Source: Nitrosopumilus sp. (GTDB lineage: Archaea > Thermoproteota > Nitrososphaeria > Nitrososphaerales > Nitrosopumilaceae). From it: a stretch of DNA of 64,000 nt. The stretch covers positions 448,001 to 512,000 of the forward strand of contig OZ245003.1 in assembly GCA_965223425.1 (NCBI GenBank). The letters run 5' to 3'. The position numbers were made by a program, and so were the translations under genes. Positions within the stretch are counted from its first letter, which is position 1. Each line of letters begins with the position of its first letter. Under the pieces are notes generated by a model, which saw nothing but the letters and a program-made list of their open reading frames with translations, searched no databases and was not told where the DNA came from. Below, one piece after another: positions 40,241-50,724 of the stretch.

Positions 40241-41740
40241 TTATGTTCTATCTTGTAGCAATTTCAACTTCCATTCTAGAAATTTTGGATCTAGCGGATA
40301 TTTCATATCGTGTCTTAGTCTTAATTCAGGAGTGACGTGACTAACCCACGACCTGACCTGATTGGTAGAGTTCTCACTGAGCAACTCTGATATTTCGACT
40401 CCAAAGTCTTGCTCTATGGTTATGAAGCCTTTTTCAAAGGCGACATCACACAATCTACATAGCAACAGTCCATTTTGTGGGTTCATGGAATTATATGGAT
40501 CTTTCCTTCTCATTATACGATATGGCACTATGTGTGCTCCGATCACATAGTCGTGAATCCCAAAGCCACACAGAGCACATTTTTCATAATCCTTTAACAG
40601 CTCGGCTCGAAACACTTCTTGTTTTTTCCTAACATATACCGTCCGCATCTCCCCGTTGGAGTAAAAGTTTCCCTTCCGTATCTCTTTTTCAACGTGGTCA
40701 TACACCTCATTATTCATAGCTATCTCATCAAGCCGCCATATTCCCACTCCTAATTTTTTGTCGCCTTTCTCGTCCCAATCAACCAAGATCTTCTTTTCTC
40801 TCAAGCGACTGATCTCATTTACCACCGCCTTGTAGAGTGGGTTTTTCGATTTGTCAGAACCATACAAAGAAACATCTATCCCAAGTTTGCTTGCCACCAG
40901 AGCATCAACTTCGGTTTTGGTATGCCATATGGACTCGTATTGTAATTCCTGATTGTCCGATCTGCCTTCAGCGTGCCTGTGCTCTTTTTCTTTTATGAGG
41001 GGCATGGTGCGTCCTTCACTAGTGAGGCATTCCCAAACGTGCATCCGGAGACCTGCATGGTCTATGGGAAGTTTAAGGGTGGCTGTACGAAGCACGTCAT
41101 AAAATGATCCATGTTTCTCCGATTCTATTCGTTCGACATCATCCTTGTTGAGTTTTTTGAGGAATCTTATCCATTCCTGCATCACCTTGATCATCATTGC
41201 TTTGTTATGATTTTTGAAAAACTTCATTGCATCCGGATTCAGGTCAATTCCTGCATTCAAATCTACGAATTTTCTATTCCTGTTGATCTCCCTACCAATT
41301 TCATACTTAAAGAATGCCCGTATCTCCGCCGTCTGTGGTATCTTAACCCTTTGGAATCTCCACGTCACATTATGGAAACATTTTTTTGCTATTTGCCTGA
41401 TGCATTTTTTAATTTTCTCAGGCTCTGATCTTTTAACATAGCTTAACGTATTGTTATAATACGAGTCATCGAATTGATCTTTTATTATGTTCATGATCTC
41501 CAGCGTTTGGCCTGCCTGTGGAATTTGTTTTATCTTCAACTTTGTCTGTGGCCAATAATATTTGAGAAAATATTCCGCAATGGTCAAATAATCCACATGT
41601 GTATCAGTATTGTCCCTACTGTAGTCTAGTAGAAATTTTGCAAATGCGAATTTGTAGGTATTGTCCTTGTTACTGTTGACTAGAATTTCTGATAAAATTC
41701 TCTCAAATTCCTTGGCTTGAAAAGTGTCAAAAACCAACAT
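40241..41740 (-). CDS. HNH endonuclease (putative modification-dependent restriction)
   Basis: N-terminal NTYKFAF; C-terminal CALCG...GAHIVPY...NGLLLC..FEKG. Confidence 0.85.
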   Translation of the reverse strand: MLVFDTFQAKEFERILSEILVNSNKDNTYKFAFAKFLLDYSRDNTDTHVDYLTIAEYFLKYYWPQTKLKIKQIPQAGQTLEIMNIIKDQFDDSYYNNTLSYVKRSEPEKIKKCIRQIAKKCFHNVTWRFQRVKIPQTAEIRAFFKYEIGREINRNRKFVDLNAGIDLNPDAMKFFKNHNKAMMIKVMQEWIRFLKKLNKDDVERIESEKHGSFYDVLRTATLKLPIDHAGLRMHVWECLTSEGRTMPLIKEKEHRHAEGRSDNQELQYESIWHTKTEVDALVASKLGIDVSLYGSDKSKNPLYKAVVNEISRLREKKILVDWDEKGDKKLGVGIWRLDEIAMNNEVYDHVEKEIRKGNFYSNGEMRTVYVRKKQEVFRAELLKDYEKCALCGFGIHDYVIGAHIVPYRIMRRKDPYNSMNPQNGLLLCRLCDVAFEKGFITIEQDFGVEISELLSENSTNQVRSWVSHVTPELRLRHDMKYPLDPKFLEWKLKLLQDRT

Positions 41741-41802
41741 TTTACTACCATATGCAATCGTAAATATGCTTTTTTAATGCAAATGCGATCTTCTGCTCTT
41801 CG

Positions 41803-41920
41803 TATTGAAAGAAAAATTCACTTAAATCACAAATGATTCCACTATGATATATTGGACATGCCAACTAGGAGCAGTATTACAAAGGGATCCCGTGTATTAA
41901 TCGAGACAAAGGAGAACCAG
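41803..41920 (+). repeat. Direct repeat copy 2
   Basis: Matches 40095-40210. Confidence 0.9.
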
Positions 41921-42616
41921 GGAACCGGTCGCCTCACAGAGGGCACAGTTAAAGAGATGTTGACTGCTGGCAACTCACACCCACACGGAATAAAGGTACG
42001 ACTTGATGATGGACAGGTTGGACGTGTCAAGCAGGTAACTGTAATGAAAGGAACTGTAAAACCACAATTTGTGGATCTGAGCAAAAAAGAGATCCCAAAA
42101 ACAGAAGACAAGTACAACGAATTCAAGGAATTCTACCAGTATGATGAAAAAATCGAAAGGCTATCAAGCGACAAGGAAAAATCTAACGCCATAGACGGCA
42201 TAAAGCACTCCGTACAAAAGAGATTTGCCATAGCTGTATGTTCCTTTGGAAATTCTCACAAAGGAGGTTTTGTATATTTGGGAATACGGTCAGATGGCTC
42301 GATAGCAGGATTAGATAGAGATAAAAAATTTGGCGGATTTTCAGACTATAATGACTCATTTGCAAATCATATCAAAGACAGACTAGAAGATTTCCTAAAG
42401 GATCGTGTATTCATTACAAGCAAGGTAGAGATGAGATTCCGAACCATTGACGATAAGACCATCTGTATAATTCAAGTACTTCCTGCAGACCGGCCCTTGT
42501 ATCTTAATGATAAAGAAAAGGCGTTCTTTGTAAGGGGGGCCTCACCTAGAGCAGAAAAGCTAGACGTCGAAGAACAGTTCAGATACATAAAAGAGAGATT
42601 TCCACATCATCACTGA
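41852..42616 (+). CDS. YwbE/DUF2196 domain fused to Schlafen/AlbA_2 domain
   Basis: LTEGTVKEMLT..SHPHGIKVRL..GQVGRV; EDKYNEFKE, CSFGNS..GGFVYLGI. Confidence 0.85.
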   Translation: MDMPTRSSITKGSRVLIETKENQGTGRLTEGTVKEMLTAGNSHPHGIKVRLDDGQVGRVKQVTVMKGTVKPQFVDLSKKEIPKTEDKYNEFKEFYQYDEKIERLSSDKEKSNAIDGIKHSVQKRFAIAVCSFGNSHKGGFVYLGIRSDGSIAGLDRDKKFGGFSDYNDSFANHIKDRLEDFLKDRVFITSKVEMRFRTIDDKTICIIQVLPADRPLYLNDKEKAFFVRGASPRAEKLDVEEQFRYIKERFPHHH

Positions 42617-42618
42617 TT

Positions 42619-43578
42619 ATGACTGATCTTTATCACAGCCCTCTGTTTGAGAATATTCGAGATTATCTCAGTAAGTGTGGCTCAGATGAGACCATTTTTC
42701 TCTTTGTACCGTATATCAAAACAAAGATTCTTGACAAGCTACTAGATGGCATACAAAACAGAATAGTCGTTGTTACTACTTGGAACCCAAAGGACATACA
42801 GTTTGGTTCTTCAGAGCTTGCCCTGTATCCGTATTGTAAGGAGCGAAATATTGCCCTGTATGTGAGTGAAAACATGCATCTCAAAGTATATTCCATTGGA
42901 CTGGAAAGTGCGATACTTGCTACGGGTAACATATCGCATAGGGGACTATTACCTGATGGAAACTATGAGGCTGCAACCGTGCTTGAACATCTAACCAATG
43001 ATGATAGATTATTCTTTGAAAAGATACGAAGAGAGGCAAGACTGGTAGATGATGCAATGTATGACGAGCTCAAAAAATGGAGTGAAGATAACCAGATAGA
43101 TCTACCAAAACAGGTTGCGTTGGAAGATATAATATCAAGTCCAAAAAAAGATGATTTTTTAATATCTGCCCTTCCAATGACGCGCAGTGTGGATGATCTT
43201 GTGTTGGGGTATAAGAGAATGTCTGCAGGACAAGTGCCGTCTGATGATTCAGAAATAACTGCGTGTATATTTCATGATCTAGCAAATTATGGCATTGCAG
43301 TGGGACTCTCAGAATCAGAGTTTATCCAAGAGCTGTCTGTCAAGTTTTTTGCACATCCATTCATCAAAAAGATTGACAAATTTATCTCTCCAGAAGCATA
43401 TTTTGGCAGAATCAAGGAATGGGTGCAGAACAACTGTACTGATGTGCCGGTGCCAAGCAGAAGGGAGCTGACCGGAAATGTACAGGTGTTGCTAGAATGG
43501 TTTGAGAAACTAGGAAATGGAAGATATCAGATTGATATTCCAGGCACAAGATCACAAAGGATTAGAAGACTATCATGA
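42619..43578 (+). CDS. Phospholipase D-like nuclease domain protein
   Basis: VPYIK, MHLKVY, ATGNIS..G and NYE (single HxK motif). Confidence 0.8.
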   Translation: MTDLYHSPLFENIRDYLSKCGSDETIFLFVPYIKTKILDKLLDGIQNRIVVVTTWNPKDIQFGSSELALYPYCKERNIALYVSENMHLKVYSIGLESAILATGNISHRGLLPDGNYEAATVLEHLTNDDRLFFEKIRREARLVDDAMYDELKKWSEDNQIDLPKQVALEDIISSPKKDDFLISALPMTRSVDDLVLGYKRMSAGQVPSDDSEITACIFHDLANYGIAVGLSESEFIQELSVKFFAHPFIKKIDKFISPEAYFGRIKEWVQNNCTDVPVPSRRELTGNVQVLLEWFEKLGNGRYQIDIPGTRSQRIRRLS

Positions 43579-43599
43579 TCAAAAGATGTTCATTGGAAA

Positions 43600-45219
43600 T
43601 TAGGGATTTGGATCATTATATCGCCATAGATCAGCAAAGTATTCGTCTGCAAGCTCTATTGATGGGAGTATGTCCAATATTCTAATAAGTTTAAACTGTT
43701 CTGTACCTCCCATACGTGGACCGCGCATTCCACGACCGATCATCTGTTGATGAAGTACAATTGATCTAGTTGGTCTTGCTATGAACACTACATCTATGTT
43801 GGGCGCATCAAATCCAACAGAAAAAACATTAACATTGCATATGCATTTTATTTTTCCTATTTTGAATTTTGATATTACATCACGTCTATATTCTATGGGA
43901 GTTTCACCATCAACATGTGCTGCATTTCCTCCTAATGCCAAAATTATGGCACACATTAATTTTGATTGTTTTATGTTTGGAGCAAAGTATAATATTTGAT
44001 TGTTATCTGCTATTAATTTTTTCAATCGCTCGGCAATTATAAAATTTCTTCTATTGTCATTAGCAATTTTATCTAATATTTCTAATGGAAGATCATGATC
44101 ATCTGCAAATTTTCTTCTTTGTTCTTGTGTTAAGATAAATTCTCTGTCGGATCTAATAGTTTCAGGTTCACAATATGCTAGATAACCCCTTGACTGGAGA
44201 TATGATATGTTATCCATATCACCTGAATCAATTTCTATTATTTCATCATTGAAATATTCCCTCAGTTTTTTATTTTCTGGATTTTCTACTCCCCTTATGG
44301 GAGTAGCGGTAAGACCAATTATTCTAGTGCCTTTTTCTTCTAAGTGTCGTATGACGTTTTTATGGGTGCGTGCTATAACATTATGTGCTTCATCAGCCAC
44401 CACCAATTCTGGTTGTGGGAAATTATTTGAATTTAACAAATTATTTAGTTTTTGATATGTAGCTACTATGAATGCATTGGGCTTAAAATTGTCTGGAATG
44501 TTTTTCCCCCATACTCGATATACATGTAAATCAGCCTTGCCCAAATGAGACCATATCTCTTTCATCGATATGATGGCCTGTTCACACAATTCTTCACGAT
44601 CAGCAAGCCAGACTACGTGTCTCTTTTTATTATCACCGATACCATTGTTTAAAAAATTACTCACTATCTCCAAAGCTGTTCGTGTTTTACCTGCACCCGT
44701 TGGCATTTTTATGATAAAACGCATCCATGGATTTTCTATCAATCTCATCGCATCATAGAAAATTTTACTTTGATATTCTTTCAGCATTAAAAGTGGTTTA
44801 TTAGACTGTATTACAAATTCAGTACTACGATCTTCTTCAATGTTTGGCACAAGGCTTTCATCGTATCCAAATTCTTCAATGAATGCTTGTGTCTCATCAT
44901 TATGTCCCCATGTTAGCTTTGAAGCTTTTTCAATTGAATTTTTGTACAATTCTTCATTTTGAGATGGAATTGATATGCCAACTCTGTGTAAAAATCTAAT
45001 GCATTTTTTTCTATCTGCATATCTCAAAAGTTTTAGACGAAATTCTGATTTTTTGTAGGACGATATATTTAACGCATGGTGAAGTTTTCCAAGAATCTCT
45101 TTTGTTTCTATGTCGAAATTTTCATCCGATGTTATTTTGTTGAGAATTAGGTTTAATGGATCCCAGTATTCACTTAGTGCAGTTTCTAATTCACTACGTG
45201 GTAGTTTATCATTTAACAT
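43600..45219 (-). CDS. SF2 DEAH helicase (ResIII-like)
   Basis: MPTGAGKT, DEAH, LTATP, GFDAP and QMIGRGMR motifs. Confidence 0.92.
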   Translation of the reverse strand: MLNDKLPRSELETALSEYWDPLNLILNKITSDENFDIETKEILGKLHHALNISSYKKSEFRLKLLRYADRKKCIRFLHRVGISIPSQNEELYKNSIEKASKLTWGHNDETQAFIEEFGYDESLVPNIEEDRSTEFVIQSNKPLLMLKEYQSKIFYDAMRLIENPWMRFIIKMPTGAGKTRTALEIVSNFLNNGIGDNKKRHVVWLADREELCEQAIISMKEIWSHLGKADLHVYRVWGKNIPDNFKPNAFIVATYQKLNNLLNSNNFPQPELVVADEAHNVIARTHKNVIRHLEEKGTRIIGLTATPIRGVENPENKKLREYFNDEIIEIDSGDMDNISYLQSRGYLAYCEPETIRSDREFILTQEQRRKFADDHDLPLEILDKIANDNRRNFIIAERLKKLIADNNQILYFAPNIKQSKLMCAIILALGGNAAHVDGETPIEYRRDVISKFKIGKIKCICNVNVFSVGFDAPNIDVVFIARPTRSIVLHQQMIGRGMRGPRMGGTEQFKLIRILDILPSIELADEYFADLWRYNDPNP

Positions 45220-45229
45220 CTATTACATC

Positions 45230-46969
45230 CTAATTTTTGTATGATTTTCTTAAGTGATAGCTCCACTTTACAAGGTGTTCTTCTACAGTGGTTCCAACAG
45301 ACTGTGTCCTAATCAAGTCATCAAGATCGTACTGACCTTCGGCATATGCATAGATGAGTCTGTCTATGTCATTTTTGAGTTCTTGAGCAAGTTTCTTAAG
45401 TTCAGAATTTTGTGGATCAGCAGATATAGATTCTATATCTTTGATCCTTCTATATACTTCAACAAAGAATGGATGACTCATGTTATAATGAACTACTTTT
45501 TTGCCTACGTCGTCTAATACGTCAATGAACGGACCATCTGAGCGAGCCTTGTGATCGTGTATAATTTTGTACGTTGTATCTGTGTCTGTCACTTCTTTTA
45601 CATAGTCTTCCTGTTCTTTTTTATTATCAAAGAGTTCTTCTGCGTGTTTTTGTGCGTTTTCTCTATTCTCGCCTTTAGAAGCAGATGTGGGTAACGGTGG
45701 GCTAATGCCTGTAAGAGTTACTTCTATGCCAGTATGGCTTTTCAACGATCCGGTTTCAGATTCGCTCTTTTTTTGATCTTCATCATTCCAGTCTTCTTCT
45801 ATGTCTTTCCTGAACTTGTTGATTATTGAGGGTTGAATCTTTTTCTGTAATATGTCTCTTAATTCTTTGAGGGGTCTAGCACCAATTTTTATGTTCTTCA
45901 CAGAAAACCAGTGATCAAGAATTGGTTCAAAATCAATCTCACACCCCCAAAACCTATCGACAGGTTTTAGTGCTGGTGAGAATCTAGATATTGGGCCATA
46001 ATAGACTTCCCGTCCATTTCTCAATATAGAAAATCCTTCATTTTCATGTACTTTTCTTTCAATACTGTATTTGCTTCTTCCACCATAGCCTTTCAAGTGA
46101 GCGTTTTTCTGTCCCTTTCTCAAAGATCTGGGAAGGATGGATGTTCTAATTGTTATCTTGCCTTTTCTTTCACCACTACTGGGAGCGTCTACATCATGCG
46201 TCTGATGCTCAAACACATGCTCGTCTTGAAGTGTTGCACGTTCATCTGTTGGAAATTTGGGATTTTTTGTAGCATACAAAGGATCATGTGATGTAACTAA
46301 TTCGTTATTTACTCCATCATCAATGAATATTTTTCTCACATTGTCATTTTTTGTGACTTTACCATCTTTGATTATCTCTTCGCCTATGAATTTACGATAT
46401 ATTCTGCCAAGACGATGTTTGAGCTCATCGAGATCGAATTCTGTATCAATTCGTTCAATTTTACTCCAGATTACTAATGTGCCATGATCTCCTACCAGAT
46501 CTTTATATTTGTCTGGGAGATTTTTTGATTCTCTAGGATGTAGGAATGGTTCTACATCATTATCTATTCCACTATTGTCTAAAAACGTGTAGTGCCAATT
46601 TCCCTGTTTTTGTCTAGAATATACCTCGATTTTATCACATACGTTGATTGCCCCCATAGTCATTCCAACTCCAAATCGGCCTATTCCTTTTCGATCATCA
46701 TATCTATCAGAGTAACCGATAACTAGACAATTCTGGAGTTTATCAGGATTCATTCCATATCCATCGTCTCCAAATGCTATGGTTACAGGACGAGGTTTTT
46801 GTTTGCGTGGAGGCGTATTCATCTCGAATTTAATCTTGATTTCTTTTGATTCTGCTTGAATCGAATTATCTACTACTTCATAGATAGCCGAGTAAGCATC
46901 AAAGTCATTATTGCGAAGAGATTTCAGAGCCGCACCTATGAGTATGGGTGATATGCCTTCTGCGCTCAT
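45230..46969 (-). CDS. MORC/GHKL ATPase (HATPase_c_3-like)
   Basis: EVVDNSIQA, DDGYGM, GRFGVGM and HGTLVIW motifs. Confidence 0.9.
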   Translation of the reverse strand: MSAEGISPILIGAALKSLRNNDFDAYSAIYEVVDNSIQAESKEIKIKFEMNTPPRKQKPRPVTIAFGDDGYGMNPDKLQNCLVIGYSDRYDDRKGIGRFGVGMTMGAINVCDKIEVYSRQKQGNWHYTFLDNSGIDNDVEPFLHPRESKNLPDKYKDLVGDHGTLVIWSKIERIDTEFDLDELKHRLGRIYRKFIGEEIIKDGKVTKNDNVRKIFIDDGVNNELVTSHDPLYATKNPKFPTDERATLQDEHVFEHQTHDVDAPSSGERKGKITIRTSILPRSLRKGQKNAHLKGYGGRSKYSIERKVHENEGFSILRNGREVYYGPISRFSPALKPVDRFWGCEIDFEPILDHWFSVKNIKIGARPLKELRDILQKKIQPSIINKFRKDIEEDWNDEDQKKSESETGSLKSHTGIEVTLTGISPPLPTSASKGENRENAQKHAEELFDNKKEQEDYVKEVTDTDTTYKIIHDHKARSDGPFIDVLDDVGKKVVHYNMSHPFFVEVYRRIKDIESISADPQNSELKKLAQELKNDIDRLIYAYAEGQYDLDDLIRTQSVGTTVEEHLVKWSYHLRKSYKN

Positions 46970-46999
46970 TCTCTAATCTGCCATGTGCCCTTTTTTAAA

Positions 47000-47872
47000 T
47001 TATAGGTGGCAGACGGTACACGGGGTTTTCTCATCATCATCATCTAACACATCTGCCAAAACATCAACCAATGGCAAATTCTTTCTTTTTGACTTTGCTT
47101 TTTTGAGCTTTTCTTCATGCTTTTTCATTATGTCATCTCGTCTTTCCAACAGCTCTGTTAGGGTCTCTCCCTCAGACCATGTGTATTGTCTGCCTTTCAT
47201 ACCGCTTGATTTGAAATCAGCGTCTCCTGCAACACCTGCATCTTTAAGTATCTTTTGCTCTATTGCAACTGCGCGTTTGAACAAATCAGGATGATTGTCT
47301 GCAAGACCAACCCACTCTGCTTTGCGTTGAAAGAAGCAAAAATAACAACCAGAGCGTGTCCTCCACTTGTAATAATCAGGCAGGTTGATTCCTGCATCTT
47401 CTAGTATCTTTATGACACCGGTGTGATCAATGTCATCATCGATGAATGGAAATATTGTCTTGATATTTGGCTTGGTGGATACATACCCGGTTCTGCTTTT
47501 TTCATCAGAGCGAATTGCCACGTATGATGTTACTTCAGCGTCTCCAATCCAGTCCTCAAGTGGCTTTATCTTCAACATACTAGTACACCACCTCATCTGT
47601 GGAGATGGAAGTGTACCACGAAATACCTCAAAATAATGATCAAAACTTCGAGTAGAGTTTAGTTTTATGATTTTTTTGCCTAGGACGACTTCAAGCTTTG
47701 CAAGATAAGCATAGGTCTCTGGCAGTTCTGCACCTGTATCGCAGAAAAAATACTCCATGTCTGGAACTTTATCTCGCATGTATACAGCAAGGGCACTAGA
47801 ATCTTTACCTCCAGATATTCCGCAAACGTGTCTTGGCAATAACAATTGAAAAGATTCTAAGAATATAATCAT
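47000..47872 (-). CDS. PAPS-reductase family protein, SspD/DndC-like
   Basis: SGGKDS, DTGAELPE, RWCT..LKIKP and RSGCYFCFFQ motifs. Confidence 0.85.
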   Translation of the reverse strand: MIIFLESFQLLLPRHVCGISGGKDSSALAVYMRDKVPDMEYFFCDTGAELPETYAYLAKLEVVLGKKIIKLNSTRSFDHYFEVFRGTLPSPQMRWCTSMLKIKPLEDWIGDAEVTSYVAIRSDEKSRTGYVSTKPNIKTIFPFIDDDIDHTGVIKILEDAGINLPDYYKWRTRSGCYFCFFQRKAEWVGLADNHPDLFKRAVAIEQKILKDAGVAGDADFKSSGMKGRQYTWSEGETLTELLERRDDIMKKHEEKLKKAKSKRKNLPLVDVLADVLDDDDEKTPCTVCHL

Positions 47873-48035
47873 TATTATCTAAATTCCAAATAAAAGGTAG
47901 ATCCGGCGTGGAATTTCGGAGTTGCAAGCATGGTGCCTAAAACTCTCAGATGGGTATTATTCACGTCTAAATTTAGTCTTGAGAAAAGTTATCGAACATA
48001 CCATATTGAAGACAAACCTTTAAACTTGAAAATAG

Positions 48036-49817
48036 TTGTTTACTAGCAACATGGGTAACATCTGCCATTCAGAAACAGATCCACTTGGTACTATATTGGA
48101 TGGTAGAACTAGTTTTATCGTTCCAAATTATCAAAGAGCATATAGTTGGGGAAACGATAAAGTTAACGAACTTTGGGAAGATCTTGTAGATGGCTATGCT
48201 AGTGATCCCAATCATTTGTATCTGTTAGGTCCGATTGTTGTAGTAAAACTGCCAGGTACAAGGATATTGAATGAGATTGTTGACGGACAACAACGTTTGG
48301 TTACTCTTACGCTGTTATTTTGTGCCTTGCGTAACTCACTAGCAGAACATGAACCAAACAACGAGTTTGATAAAAAAGATTATACGGATTTGATAGATGA
48401 AATTAACAAATCAATAAGAACAGATGCTAAACAGCCATTAATCAAACTGAATAATAAAGATGATAATGATGTTTTTACAGATATTTGTAATGCAAAAAAC
48501 CCATTACAAAATACAACATCGAATACATCGCTAACTGCTAATTATGACATATTATTAAAACTGGCTAGAGAATTATGTAAAAAACGTTTTGATAAGGAAA
48601 ATGATAGGGATGCGATACGCAGTATCAGAAAGACATTTTGCACTATAAAGAATAACACTAATTTCATATATGTTACTATTCAAGACGAAGATTACTCATA
48701 TCAAGTTTTTCAATCTTTGAATTCCAAAGGTCAGAAGCTTAATCAAGCTGATCTAATTAAAAGCATTCTTTTGAACAAAGCGCCCGACAAGGTAACGGAT
48801 AGATGGGATGCAATAATGAGTTCTAAACCAATCAAGAAAAATCCTGATGATTTTCTGTACTATTCAATGTTGTCTAGAACATGTCCCAAATCAGATGGAT
48901 CAGACGAAGTGCTAAAAATAAAAATGTCTAGCAGAATAAAAAGCAAATGTAAAAATCCGACAGATGTGGAGGAATATTTAAAAGAACTCTCAGAAGATTC
49001 GCGCATAATAGAAGTGTTAAACAGACCCGAGACCCTGCGTTCAGAAGATAAATATGATTTAGACTTTATACATTTTTTTTATGGAATACAACAAATCAAC
49101 GCAAAATATTTTCGGAGGCCTATAATTACTGCATATAGAGAATGGGGATCTTCAAACAGTGATACTAAACTTCTGATAGGCTGTCTTTTAAAATTCTTCT
49201 TCATGTACCGAACAATTTCTAAATTGGACATAGATCTGTTAAAACGAATTGCTAGAGATGTGACATGCCATATTCTGAATGGAAAAAAACTAGATGAGAT
49301 TTTATACACTATACTGAAGAGTGAAAAACCAGGTGTCGAAGATAACATTAACCAAGATGATTTCATGAATGAGTTCAAAAATAACATAAATAATTTAAAA
49401 ACCTCGGTTGCTACCTACATACTTTATTCATTAGAAAAAAAACTTCATGATGATCAAGGTACACACATAGAATTCAACAAATATCACATAGAGTACATAT
49501 TTCCAAAAAATCCCGATTATGAAAAATGGGCTAACAAAGATGAATTAGACGATCATAAAAATCGACTAGGCAACCTAACATTACTAGATATGAAGTGGAA
49601 TGCTACTATGAAAAACTACAGCTTTGAGGATAAGCGCAATAAAGGAACTAGATGTTATCTGGAATCAGGTTTGGAATTGAATAAAAAATATCTTAGAAAA
49701 TATGAACGATGGGGAATAGAAGAAATCGAAAAACGTGAAAAAGAATTGATTGAATGTGCAAGTGGAATCTGGAATCTAGCCGAGTATCTTCAACTAGCAA
49801 AAAAACCCCAAGATTGA
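48036..49817 (+). CDS. DUF262 + DUF1524 protein (SspE/GmrSD-like)
   Basis: PNYQRAYSW, VDGQQR, FQSLNSKG; C-terminal IEYIFP and RLGNLTLL. Confidence 0.9.
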   Translation: MFTSNMGNICHSETDPLGTILDGRTSFIVPNYQRAYSWGNDKVNELWEDLVDGYASDPNHLYLLGPIVVVKLPGTRILNEIVDGQQRLVTLTLLFCALRNSLAEHEPNNEFDKKDYTDLIDEINKSIRTDAKQPLIKLNNKDDNDVFTDICNAKNPLQNTTSNTSLTANYDILLKLARELCKKRFDKENDRDAIRSIRKTFCTIKNNTNFIYVTIQDEDYSYQVFQSLNSKGQKLNQADLIKSILLNKAPDKVTDRWDAIMSSKPIKKNPDDFLYYSMLSRTCPKSDGSDEVLKIKMSSRIKSKCKNPTDVEEYLKELSEDSRIIEVLNRPETLRSEDKYDLDFIHFFYGIQQINAKYFRRPIITAYREWGSSNSDTKLLIGCLLKFFFMYRTISKLDIDLLKRIARDVTCHILNGKKLDEILYTILKSEKPGVEDNINQDDFMNEFKNNINNLKTSVATYILYSLEKKLHDDQGTHIEFNKYHIEYIFPKNPDYEKWANKDELDDHKNRLGNLTLLDMKWNATMKNYSFEDKRNKGTRCYLESGLELNKKYLRKYERWGIEEIEKREKELIECASGIWNLAEYLQLAKKPQD

Positions 49818-49825
49818 TCATGTGA

Positions 49826-49993
49826 TCATTTTATCTTAGATGCTAGCTCATCAAATTCTTTTTTGGAGACTGTCAGACAGAACAGTACTTTGTTGGGTTT
49901 TTTTGCATTTTTTATCATAGGGTAGAATTTTATGGTGTACATGTTGTCCTTTTTTATAATCTCGTATGGCCTCTCGCCTATCTTATTTCGCAC
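49826..49993 (-). CDS. Small hypothetical protein or remnant
   Basis: GTG-started 55-codon frame VRNKIGERPYEIIKKDNMYTIKFYP... Confidence 0.35.
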   Translation of the reverse strand: MRNKIGERPYEIIKKDNMYTIKFYPMIKNAKKPNKVLFCLTVSKKEFDELASKIK

Positions 49994-50157
49994 TTGATGT
50001 CTTAACTGGCATGTGATTTTATAGTTTTACAATAGACAGGCGAATTCGGCCTTGAATATTATTATACTAGTTTATCGTACTATAACTTACCGTATCCGAA
50101 ACCTCTGGACTATCCGATAAAGATGGGGAATCGGGGGCATGATTGTGGATACGGCTT

Positions 50158-50721
50158 TTATTTTAAATTCTCATTGAGCTTTTCTTTGATCCATTCTGTC
50201 GAATCTAGATGAATCAACCCGTCAATATTCATCTCATCATTATTTGCCCATGCAACAAGATCCGATAGGGTATGAATGAAGGCATTTTTAGAATGACATA
50301 GATTGTTATCTACGACAAATCCTAGACAGTCTAAATCACATTGAAAATTAATACGTGATAATTCTTCTTTATGACTCGTTGTAAATTTGGTAATATCTTC
50401 ATGGATGAATTTGTATAGCAAGTGGTTGTACCTGCGATGTATTGCACGGTATCTAGTGGGACTGATTTTCTTTTTGGCGTTCTCAATTATGTCGTGTTTG
50501 TCCAACCGTATACAAAGCGCAATGTTTTCTCTGTAGTTAAATTCAAGTTTGGATGCAAGCTCTCTACGCATTCTGCTGGTTTTAAGTGTAGCAGAATGGA
50601 TTTTATTTATTTCTAAATTTTTAATCATGGCAACAAGATTTTCTTCTACTCCGACTACAAGTCCCATATATTTCGAGTCGTCATTAGGTCTTCCAGAAAG
50701 ATCCATTCCTCCAACAAGCAT
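50158..50721 (-). CDS. DUF3800-like (RNase H fold) hypothetical protein
   Basis: MDLSG near the N-terminus and LSDLVAW near the C-terminus; 3 bp downstream of the ATPase gene. Confidence 0.55.
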   Translation of the reverse strand: MLVGGMDLSGRPNDDSKYMGLVVGVEENLVAMIKNLEINKIHSATLKTSRMRRELASKLEFNYRENIALCIRLDKHDIIENAKKKISPTRYRAIHRRYNHLLYKFIHEDITKFTTSHKEELSRINFQCDLDCLGFVVDNNLCHSKNAFIHTLSDLVAWANNDEMNIDGLIHLDSTEWIKEKLNENLK

Positions 50722-50724
50722 GTT

